Source: Elusimicrobiota bacterium (GTDB lineage: Bacteria > Elusimicrobiota > Elusimicrobia > UBA1565 > UBA9628). From it: a stretch of DNA of 64,000 nt. The notes beneath the pieces are model-generated. The model worked only from the letters and a program-made list of their open reading frames with translations. It made no database searches and was not told the origin of the DNA. Each line of letters begins with the position of its first letter. Within the stretch, counting starts at the first letter, position 1. The position numbers were made by a program, and so were the translations under genes. The DNA lies in contig JACRDN010000016.1 in assembly GCA_016218575.1 (NCBI GenBank), positions 129,306 to 193,305 on the forward strand. Direction: 5' to 3'. Of this stretch, positions 53,222 through 60,817 are shown in pieces.

Positions 53222-54354
53222 GCCTCCTCCAGCTCCTCATCGGTCTTGGCGAAGCAAAAGCGCCCCAAGCCCGCGCCGTCGCGGGATTCGTGGAAGAAGG
53301 CCTCCCCGGAGACGCAGGCGACCCCCGTCGCCTTCAACAAGTGCATGGCCCTATCCCTGCCGGTATGCCCCGGCAGGCGGCTCAAGTCGGCCAGGACATA
53401 ATAGGCTCCCTGGGGCCTGCAGGGGGCCAGGCCCGCCCGCTCCAGGGCCGAGCAGATCATCTCGCGCTTGCGGAAAAATTCCAAGCCGAGGCCCGCGTAG
53501 TATTCCCCACCCAGGTTCATCAGGCCCTCGGCCACCCCGGCCTGGAGCGGGGCCGGGGCGCAGACATAGACGAGGTCGCTCATGTAGCCGATCATCTGGG
53601 CCCATCGGGCGTGGCTGACGCTGTAGCCGATCCTCCAGCCGGTGATGCTCAAGGTCTTGGAGAAGCCGGAAATCGTGATCGTGCGCTCCGCCATGCCCGA
53701 CAAGGCCGCGGGGCTCACGTGCCTGCGTCCGTCGTAAAGGAAATACTCGTAGATCTCGTCGGTGAAGACGAAAAGGTCGTGCTTGACCGCGGCCTCCGCG
53801 ATCCATTGGAGCTCTTCCCGGCCGTAAACCTTGCCCGACGGGTTGCCCGGCGTGTTGACCACGATGGCCCGGGTCCGCGGCGTGATCGCCCTTTCCAGGT
53901 CCTCCTTGGAGAAGGCCCAGTCCGGGGCCCGCATTTTGACGAAAACCGGGACGGCCTCCACGGAAAGCAAGGTGTTGAGGTGATAGCCGTAGAAAGGCTC
54001 GAAGAGAACGACCTCGGCCCCGGGGTCGAGAAGGGCCAGGCACGCCGAGTAGAAGGAGCCCGTGGAGCCGCTGCTCACCACGATCTCGCGCTCGGGGTCG
54101 GCCGAGATTCCGTTGTAGGAGAGCATCTTGGCGGCAATGGCCGACCGGAGCTGCGCGATTCCATCGTAGCGCGTGTAGCTGTTAAGCCCCGCGCCCATGG
54201 CCTTGTGAGCCCCTTCCCGCACCAAAGCCGGAACCGGCGTGTCGCATACCCCCTGAGCCAAGTTCAAGCCCTTGAGCCTCTCGCACTCGATGGACATCGA
54301 GCGGATCTCGGACTGGACGATGGAATCGCAGCGGCGGCTCAAAGTCAGCGCCAT
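53197..54354 (-). CDS. Class I/II pyridoxal-phosphate aminotransferase
   Basis: 385 aa. N-terminal SEIRSMS block, NTPGNPSG, and PLP-lysine region SGFSKTLSITGWRIGY. Confidence 0.8.
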   Translation of the reverse strand: MALTLSRRCDSIVQSEIRSMSIECERLKGLNLAQGVCDTPVPALVREGAHKAMGAGLNSYTRYDGIAQLRSAIAAKMLSYNGISADPEREIVVSSGSTGSFYSACLALLDPGAEVVLFEPFYGYHLNTLLSVEAVPVFVKMRAPDWAFSKEDLERAITPRTRAIVVNTPGNPSGKVYGREELQWIAEAAVKHDLFVFTDEIYEYFLYDGRRHVSPAALSGMAERTITISGFSKTLSITGWRIGYSVSHARWAQMIGYMSDLVYVCAPAPLQAGVAEGLMNLGGEYYAGLGLEFFRKREMICSALERAGLAPCRPQGAYYVLADLSRLPGHTGRDRAMHLLKATGVACVSGEAFFHESRDGAGLGRFCFAKTDEELEEACGRLSRL

Positions 54355-54368
54355 GGGAGCTTAGGCCC

Positions 54369-55502
54369 TTAACCCCGCCCGTAGAAGGAGCGCGCGGCCT
54401 CGATCACGCGCGAAACCTCATCATCCGTGATCTCGGCGCTCATGGGAAGCGAGCACACCTCGCGGCTCAATGCCTCGGTCTCGGGGAATCCCGTGTCCTT
54501 GAGCTTCAGCGCCGCGTGCTTGTAGTAGGGCTTGCGAAACTGCGTCAAAACCTCGATGCCGCAGCTGCGGAGGTGGCTGGAAAAGGCATCTCCTCGCTTA
54601 GAGCGCAGCGTGTAATTCTGATACACATGGTCGGAGCCAAGACGTTGATAATGCGGCAAAAGCAGATCCGGGAGATCTCCCAATTCCTTTTGGTAACGTT
54701 GCGCCAATTCCTTGCGCTTCAATATCCAGCGCGGCAGGTGCCGGAGCTTCACGTCCAGAAAAGCGGCCTGCAGATTGTCGAGCAGGCACGTAAAGCCATG
54801 TCCATGGTATTCGCCCGTTTGGCGGTCCTCGCCGTTGTAGCGCATGCGCCGGACGAAGGCGGCGACCTCGGGATCGTCCGTGGTGATGGCGCCGCCGTCG
54901 CCGTAGCCGCCCAGGATCTTGAAGGGATAAAAGCTCCAGCAGCCGGCAAGGCCCCAAGCCCCGGCCCCTCTGCCGTTGATGCTGGAACCCAGGCTTTGGC
55001 AGGCGTCCTCCACCACGGCGAGGCCGCGGGACTTGGCGATCTCCATGATCCGGGGCATGTCCGCCATCCAGCCGCTCAAATGGACCGGGAGGATCGCCCG
55101 GGTACGAGGCGTGATCGCTTCCTCGATCTTGTCCGGATCTATGTTGAAGTCGCGGGCCACGTCCACCAAGACCGGCGTCGCCCCGACGTTGACCACGGCC
55201 GAGCAGGTGGCCACGAAAGTGTGGGCGGGCACGATCACCTCGTCGCCCGGGCCGATCCCGGCCGCGCGCAGGGCCAGGTGCAAGGCGTCGTAGCCGCTGT
55301 TGAGCCCCACGGCGTACTTCGTGCCGACGAATTTTGCGAGGTTGGCCTCGAAGCCGCGCAGGTGCTCCCTATCTATGAGCGCGCCCTTCTGCATGACGTC
55401 GAAATAGGCGGCGTCGAGCTCCGCCTTGAGCTCGGCGTAGACGCGGGCTGGCGCCACGAACTTGACGGTTTTTCCCGCGGGGGCCTGGGCCGGGGCCGTC
55501 AT
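54369..55502 (-). CDS. DegT/DnrJ/EryC1/StrS-family sugar aminotransferase (PglE-like)
   Basis: 377 aa from internal start MTAPAQAPAGKTVKFVAP (ATGA overlap with the upstream gene; the ORF extends to 55577). Family blocks present (GDEVIVPAHTFVAT, LAVVEDACQSLGS, PFKILGGYGDGGAI). Confidence 0.8.
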   Translation of the reverse strand: MTAPAQAPAGKTVKFVAPARVYAELKAELDAAYFDVMQKGALIDREHLRGFEANLAKFVGTKYAVGLNSGYDALHLALRAAGIGPGDEVIVPAHTFVATCSAVVNVGATPVLVDVARDFNIDPDKIEEAITPRTRAILPVHLSGWMADMPRIMEIAKSRGLAVVEDACQSLGSSINGRGAGAWGLAGCWSFYPFKILGGYGDGGAITTDDPEVAAFVRRMRYNGEDRQTGEYHGHGFTCLLDNLQAAFLDVKLRHLPRWILKRKELAQRYQKELGDLPDLLLPHYQRLGSDHVYQNYTLRSKRGDAFSSHLRSCGIEVLTQFRKPYYKHAALKLKDTGFPETEALSREVCSLPMSAEITDDEVSRVIEAARSFYGRG

Positions 55503-56443
55503 GCCAGGATGCCGTCCGTTTCGAGGGAAACGAGCTTTCGGGCCGCGGCCACGATGTGCTCCACCCCGAGGCCGCATTGATTCCTAAGGTGCTCCTGATT
55601 GCCCACTCCGCGGCAGAATCCCTCGCGCACGCCCACGATGGACAAAGGCGCGCGCCGGCCCGCGTACTGGGCCAAGACCTCGGCCACGGCGCCCCCGAGG
55701 CCCCCGGTCGCGGAATGCTCCTCGACGGTCATCACCGCCGCGGTTTCCTCGGCGGCCTGGAGCACGGCCTCGACGTCCAACGGCTTGACCGTGTGCATGC
55801 TCAAGAGACGCGCCGAGATTCCCTGGGACTTGAGCTTCAAAACCGCCTGATGGGCCGCGTGGAGCATGGCTCCGGTCGAGATCAGGGTGAGGTCGCTTCC
55901 TTCTCTTACGCGTATGGCCTTGCCGATCACGAATTCCGGCGCTCGTTCGTGAACCCGCGGCTCTCCCGCCTTGCCCAAGCGCAGATAGCAGGGACCGTCC
56001 TGGTAAGCCACGGCCCTGGCGGCCGCGGCGGCTTCCCAGGGGTCCCCGGGGGCGACCACCGTCATGCCTGGAAGGGCCCGCATGATGGCGATGTCCTCGA
56101 GGGCGTGGTGGGAGCTGCCGAGGGCCCCGTAGGCCAACCCCGCCCCCACGCTCACCACCTTGACGCTGGCCTGATGATAGCAGACGTCGTTGCGAATCTG
56201 CTCGAGGCAGCGCAGCGTTGGGAAATTGGCGATGCTGTAGGTGAACACGATCTTTCCGGAAAGCGCCATGCCAGCCGCCACGCCGGTCATGTTCTGCTCG
56301 GCCACGCCGACGTTCAGGAACTGTCCGGGGAACCTCGCGGCGAAGGGCTCGAAGACCCCGAAGCCCAGATCGGCCGTCAAAAGGTTGACGTCTGGATCCT
56401 GGGCCGCCACCTCCTCCAGGGCCTTGATGAAGGCGGTTCTCAC
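55499..56443 (-). CDS. Transketolase, C-terminal (pyrimidine-binding) subunit of a split enzyme
   Basis: 314 aa from GTG 56443 (VRTAFIKALEE..., GTGA overlap with the N-terminal subunit stop; the ORF-track ATG is at 56509). Pyrimidine-binding and C-terminal transketolase domains present (ADLGFGVFEPF, VGAGLAYGALGSSHH). Confidence 0.8.
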   Translation of the reverse strand: MRTAFIKALEEVAAQDPDVNLLTADLGFGVFEPFAARFPGQFLNVGVAEQNMTGVAAGMALSGKIVFTYSIANFPTLRCLEQIRNDVCYHQASVKVVSVGAGLAYGALGSSHHALEDIAIMRALPGMTVVAPGDPWEAAAAARAVAYQDGPCYLRLGKAGEPRVHERAPEFVIGKAIRVREGSDLTLISTGAMLHAAHQAVLKLKSQGISARLLSMHTVKPLDVEAVLQAAEETAAVMTVEEHSATGGLGGAVAEVLAQYAGRRAPLSIVGVREGFCRGVGNQEHLRNQCGLGVEHIVAAARKLVSLETDGILA

Positions 56444-57261
56444 TTTCTCCCCTCCAACTCGACCACCGCCGCGTTGTACTCCTGAGCGGAGGCGTTGCGG
56501 TAATGCCAAAGAAGCTTGTCTTCCATGAAGCTGACCCCCTTGCCCTTCACCGTGTGGGCCACCACGCAGGAGGGTCTGCCCGGCTCGAAGGGCGCCTTTC
56601 TAAGCGTCTCGTCTATGAGGCCGAGGTCATGCCCATCGATCTCGCGCACGGCCCAGCGGAAGCCCTCCCATTTCTTGGCGAATGGGTCGAGATCGAGGAC
56701 CTCCTTGGTGCGGCCAAGGCTCTGGATCTTGTTGTAGTCCACGATCGCCACCAGATTGTCCAAACCGTGATGCCCAGCGAACAGCGCCGCTTCCCAGGTC
56801 GAGCCCTCGTCGCACTCCCCATCGCTCAAGAGGCAGAAAACCCGGTGCTTGGCGCGATCCCTCTTGGCGGCGAGCGCCATGCCGCAGGCGATCGGAAGCC
56901 CGTGCCCCAGGGAGCCGGTGGAAACCTCGATCCCGGGCACGCCATGGGTGGAATGCCCGTGGAGCCTGCCGCCGTTGCGGTAAAAAGTCTCAAGCCATTC
57001 CACCGGGAAGAAGCCCTTCCGAGCCAGCGCCGCGTAGAGGCCGGCGCAGGCATGTCCCTTGCTCAGAATGAAGCGGTCGCGGCTCTTCCACTTGGGCTTG
57101 GCGGGGTCCACCTTGAGCACCCCTCCGTAAAGCGCGGCCAGAAGATCCGCCATGGAAAGAGACCCGCCCACGTGGGCGCTGGACGCGAAATGAGTCATTT
57201 TCACGGAAGTCAGCCGTATGAAACGGGCCAACTCCTCGAGCTCGGAGATCCTGTCAGCCAT
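56440..57261 (-). CDS. Transketolase, N-terminal (ThDP-binding) subunit of a split enzyme
   Basis: 273 aa from internal start MADRISELEE. ThDP-binding blocks SKGHACAGLYAA, GHSTHGVPGIEVSTGSLGHGL and SDGECDEGSTWEA. Confidence 0.8.
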   Translation of the reverse strand: MADRISELEELARFIRLTSVKMTHFASSAHVGGSLSMADLLAALYGGVLKVDPAKPKWKSRDRFILSKGHACAGLYAALARKGFFPVEWLETFYRNGGRLHGHSTHGVPGIEVSTGSLGHGLPIACGMALAAKRDRAKHRVFCLLSDGECDEGSTWEAALFAGHHGLDNLVAIVDYNKIQSLGRTKEVLDLDPFAKKWEGFRWAVREIDGHDLGLIDETLRKAPFEPGRPSCVVAHTVKGKGVSFMEDKLLWHYRNASAQEYNAAVVELEGRK

Positions 57262-57263
57262 GT

Positions 57264-57854
57264 TTATTGCGCGATCGCCGTTATCGTCTTGAATATAAGC
57301 TTGAGGTCCACCCATAGATTGTGATTGTCCACGTATTCCAACCCCAGCCGTATTTTTTCCGGCTGTATCAGCGCTTTATAGGCCTTGTGCGGATCCGACT
57401 GCCCCTTGAGGATTTCGCCTTCATTGCGGAAGCGAATCGAGGAATAATCCGTGATCCCGGGCCGAACCGTCAACAGCCGGCGGGTCGATTCATCATACTC
57501 GGCGACTTCGGAAGGCACCTCTGGGCGCGGGCCCACGAAACTCATCTCTCCGACGAAAACGTTCCAAAACTGCGGCAGCTCATCGAATTTATACCGGCGC
57601 AGCAAAGCCCCGATGCGGGTGAGCCGCGGGTCGTCGGACGAAGTGGACGGGCCGCCGATTTTATCGGCGTTTTCCACCATCGTGCGGAACTTCAAGATGC
57701 GAAACGGCCTGCCGTTGAGCCCTATCCGCGAGCCTCGATAAAAAACGGACCCCGGCGACCCCAATTTTATCAGCAGCGCGACCGCAAAAAAAACGGGGGA
57801 AAGGATCGTCAACGCAGCCAAGGAAAAAAAGGCGTCAAAGAGTCGTTTAGACAC
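57264..57854 (-). CDS. Small phosphoglycosyl transferase (bacterial sugar transferase, PglC/WbaP C-terminal-domain type)
   Basis: 196 aa. A single re-entrant N-terminal helix (LFDAFFSLAALTILSPVFF) and the catalytic region (RPFRILKFRTM...DELPQFWNVFVGEMSFVGPRP). GTG start. Confidence 0.85.
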   Translation of the reverse strand: MSKRLFDAFFSLAALTILSPVFFAVALLIKLGSPGSVFYRGSRIGLNGRPFRILKFRTMVENADKIGGPSTSSDDPRLTRIGALLRRYKFDELPQFWNVFVGEMSFVGPRPEVPSEVAEYDESTRRLLTVRPGITDYSSIRFRNEGEILKGQSDPHKAYKALIQPEKIRLGLEYVDNHNLWVDLKLIFKTITAIAQ

Positions 57855-57862
57855 TTCGCGCG

Positions 57863-57871
57863 ATTATATCA
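57863..57871 (-). promoter_or_regulatory. Extended -10 TGATATAAT (minus strand) upstream of the PglC-like gene
   Basis: Minus-strand ATGATATAATCGC (plus 57860-57872) lies 8 nt upstream of GTG 57854 and 8 nt downstream of the preceding GT4 stop. Same 12-mer as at 51350-51361. Confidence 0.45.
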
Positions 57872-57875
57872 TTTT

Positions 57876-59081
57876 TCAACATTTTAGAGACGGCTCGGGC
57901 ACGGGCAGGCCCAGGTCCTGAAGGGCTTTCGGCACGATCAGCCTCTCGTCAAAGTCCCGCATCGCTTTCATGCGCGAATAACGCCCCAATTCCGCCCGCA
58001 AAACGTCGTCGGCCATGACCCGCTCGATCGCGTCGGCCAACGCCCGCGAATCCTTGATCGGGACGAGAAAGCCGTTTCTCCCTTCCTCCACGGCGCCGCG
58101 GCAGTCCTCGCTGGTCGTCGTGATGACGGGCTTGCCCATGGCCATGGGCTCCAGGAGTCCGCGCGGATAGCCGCCCTCCCTGTAGTAGGTCGGCAGCACG
58201 GCCAAATCGGCTATGGCGTAAAAGCTCTTCACGTCGCTTTGAAAGCCAAGCCATCTGAAATTCGCCCTTTTTTCCATTTCCCGCGCGAAGGATTCCGGGA
58301 CCGCGTCCCGGCTGTCCGGCTCCAGGGGCGCGACGAGAATGAATTTGAGTTCCGGACGCTTTCCCCTGAGCCGCTCCGCCGCCTCGGCGAACTCGCGGAC
58401 TCCCTTCTGCCAAATCATCCGCCCCACCATGACCACGGCTCTCTCGGCGGGCCTCAGCCCGCAAAGGGCCTTCGCCGCCTCCCGGCGCCGCTCGCCCACC
58501 AGCTCCACCGCGTACTCGCCGGTGTCGAGATAATTGCGGCTCAAAACCGTGTTCTCCTCCCGGATCAAGCCCTGCTGGACGAAAAACGCGCGGTCGCGGG
58601 CGTTGGTGAACCACGCCCTTCGGCTCCAGCGGCAGGCCAGGCGGTAGAGGCTCATGAAGGCCCGGCGCGTGATCTTCCCTCTGAGGTCCGCGCGGCTCTC
58701 GAAGCCGGAACCCAAGCCCACCACGTGCATGCACACCAACCCAACCCCGGCGCCCTTGGCCGCGAGCGCCCCGTAGATGTTCTGCTTGGTGCAGAAGTTC
58801 AGGACCGCGTCGAACTCGCGCCGACGCATGACGCGCCAGAGGCGCCAAAGATATTTCAAGTCCTCCCAGGGACTCAGCCACCGGTACATGGGAACCGACA
58901 CGCATGAAGCCCCCAACGCCTCGATTTCCTCCCCGTGGACCCCGGTCTCGCACACGACGAAGACTTTCGCGTTCGGAATCCGGAGCAAGGACCCGATCAT
59001 CCCCTTGCAGAACAAAACCACGGAGAGCCCGTCCGGGCAAACGAGGGCGATATTGAAGGGCCGGGGAACGGCCGAGGTCAT
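57876..59081 (-). CDS. GT4-family (GT-B) glycosyltransferase
   Basis: 401 aa from internal start MTSAVPRPFNIALV (ATGA overlap with the upstream gene; the ORF extends to 59165). C-terminal GT4 block YPRGLLEPMAMGKPVITTTSEDCRGAVEEGRNGFLV. Confidence 0.75.
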   Translation of the reverse strand: MTSAVPRPFNIALVCPDGLSVVLFCKGMIGSLLRIPNAKVFVVCETGVHGEEIEALGASCVSVPMYRWLSPWEDLKYLWRLWRVMRRREFDAVLNFCTKQNIYGALAAKGAGVGLVCMHVVGLGSGFESRADLRGKITRRAFMSLYRLACRWSRRAWFTNARDRAFFVQQGLIREENTVLSRNYLDTGEYAVELVGERRREAAKALCGLRPAERAVVMVGRMIWQKGVREFAEAAERLRGKRPELKFILVAPLEPDSRDAVPESFAREMEKRANFRWLGFQSDVKSFYAIADLAVLPTYYREGGYPRGLLEPMAMGKPVITTTSEDCRGAVEEGRNGFLVPIKDSRALADAIERVMADDVLRAELGRYSRMKAMRDFDERLIVPKALQDLGLPVPEPSLKC

Positions 59082-59740
59082 TTCTCGAGGACCAAAAGGG
59101 CGTGCGAAGAGAGAACCGGCGCCACCATGAAGGCGCGCGCCACGCGAAGTCCTTGAGATCGGCACTCGCCCATGACCTCCTCCAGCGGGGCCGGGCAGGG
59201 GGCGGGCACGTGGCCGGGCGTGAGCCGCGACAGGAGGAAATGCTTCAGGCGCTGGAGGGGCGTGTCCACGCTGCAGCTCACGATCACCACTCTATTAGAC
59301 AAAGCGCTAATCTCGCGCAACGCGGCGCGCTTAACCTCGCGAGGAACGCGGTGCAGGAATCCCAAGGTGACGACGCACGCAAAGGAGCCCCTGGGGAAGG
59401 GGGTGGCGGTGATGTCGGCCCGGACGCAGGCCTCCAACCGGCCGCCCGGATATTCCTCCCGGGCCAAGCTCATCATCTCGGAAGATATGTCGCTGGCCAC
59501 AATCTTGAAAGGGAAGCGGCGCAAGACCTTGCCCAGGATGCCGGTCCCGCAAGGGATGTCCAGCAATTGGTCCGAGGAACTCCACCGGTACCGCCCCAGC
59601 TCCCTGGCAATCGCCCTCTGCTCCAGGCAAGTGACGAATCTCGCCCAAGTCCAATCCTTGGTCTGGTGCTTTCTGTACTCGGCCGCCCTCGCGGAGGTGA
59701 GATACGCGTCGCGCGTGCTTCTTTCGTAATCCATCGCCAT
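59078..59740 (-). CDS. Class I SAM-dependent methyltransferase
   Basis: 220 aa. Motif I LLDIPCGTGILG, plus motifs II and III. Confidence 0.75.
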   Translation of the reverse strand: MAMDYERSTRDAYLTSARAAEYRKHQTKDWTWARFVTCLEQRAIARELGRYRWSSSDQLLDIPCGTGILGKVLRRFPFKIVASDISSEMMSLAREEYPGGRLEACVRADITATPFPRGSFACVVTLGFLHRVPREVKRAALREISALSNRVVIVSCSVDTPLQRLKHFLLSRLTPGHVPAPCPAPLEEVMGECRSQGLRVARAFMVAPVLSSHALLVLEK

Positions 59741-59743
59741 GGC

Positions 59744-60817
59744 CTACCCTCGGAAGTCCTGCTCCAATTGTAGTGAAATTTGGCGGCTATAGAAAGGGGT
59801 CACATAAACGCGGGCCGCCATGGCCTTGACCCACGGCGCCCAACGCCTCCGCCGTAGGGAGTCCAGGGCGGTCCGCCAGTGCTTGAGCTGCTCTTTGAGC
59901 AGGAACAGCTTGAACAGCTGCGGGCATCCGGCTCGAGATTGAGCGTAGTACGCGCTCAGAAAGGCCTCCTCGGCCCCGCGGTCCGGCTCCCTCAACACCG
60001 GCAAGGACTTGCTGCCCCAATACAGGATGCGGTATGTCGTCAGGAACCGCGCCAAATCCGCCTCTCGATAAGCGATTTTCATCTTGCCGGGATCCAGGAG
60101 AAACAGGGCGTCTCCGGAGCCGACCAAGACGTTGCGCACGTCCAAACCCTTGAGAGTCGGCACCTTGCCGCTTGGGCGCTCGAAGCCGTTCATGGATCTC
60201 AACTTCTTCAAAACACGCATCAACAAAGGACTGCCCGTGTCGGAGGATAGGTCCTCGCAATAACGCTCGAGCTTGGGCATCTCATCGGACAGGAGAAAAA
60301 CCCCGTCGCTGTAATTGGACCGGTGAAAGCGCCCCAAGGCGGCGCCCAGCCGAGACATAAGACCTCGCAGCCGTTCGCCCTCCCCGTGAAAGCCAAGCCG
60401 CCGGCGGATGTCCAATCGGCGAAAGACGGCCGTCGCGTCATCCCCGCGAACGCGATCCGTGACGATCGCGTTATATTCCGGAACGACTCCGCGAATCTTG
60501 ACCCAACGCACCTGCCAGTCGCCGTTCCAGCCCCGCTCCAGCAGCCTCAAGCTCCTTTCTTCTTCCTGGGCCATCCGCCTGTCCTCCGGAGTGATGGGAA
60601 GAATCTCGGGAGTTCCGCGCACGTCCGTCTTGGGAATCTTGACGAACACATCCCGAGGGCCTGAACGAGCCGCCGCCTTGACCCTGAAGGTGAAGGAAAA
60701 ATAATTAGCCTCCAGAGGGCCTATTTCCACGTCGCCGGCGCCTGCCTCGGCCCCCAAGACATCCCGAACCACCTGCGATCCCAGCAGGCGATGGACGCGA
60801 GCGTTGGCCGGAGTCAT
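59744..60817 (-). CDS. Protein-kinase-like fold phosphotransferase (LPS/sugar kinase, WaaP/Kdo-kinase-like)
   Basis: 357 aa from internal start MTPANARVHR (ATGA overlap with asnB-like; the ORF runs to 60838). Catalytic-loop-like GLDVRNVLVGSGDALFLLDPG (D-x4-N ... D). Confidence 0.5.
   Translation of the reverse strand: MTPANARVHRLLGSQVVRDVLGAEAGAGDVEIGPLEANYFSFTFRVKAAARSGPRDVFVKIPKTDVRGTPEILPITPEDRRMAQEEERSLRLLERGWNGDWQVRWVKIRGVVPEYNAIVTDRVRGDDATAVFRRLDIRRRLGFHGEGERLRGLMSRLGAALGRFHRSNYSDGVFLLSDEMPKLERYCEDLSSDTGSPLLMRVLKKLRSMNGFERPSGKVPTLKGLDVRNVLVGSGDALFLLDPGKMKIAYREADLARFLTTYRILYWGSKSLPVLREPDRGAEEAFLSAYYAQSRAGCPQLFKLFLLKEQLKHWRTALDSLRRRRWAPWVKAMAARVYVTPFYSRQISLQLEQDFRG

Noticed and set aside
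57841-57866. Possible third, degenerate copy of the 36-bp palindrome (AGACACTTCGCGCGA).
   Set aside because: Only about 10 bp of the core match, and no symmetric partner arm is present. It overlaps the PglC-like start and the -10 box, so chance similarity is likely.
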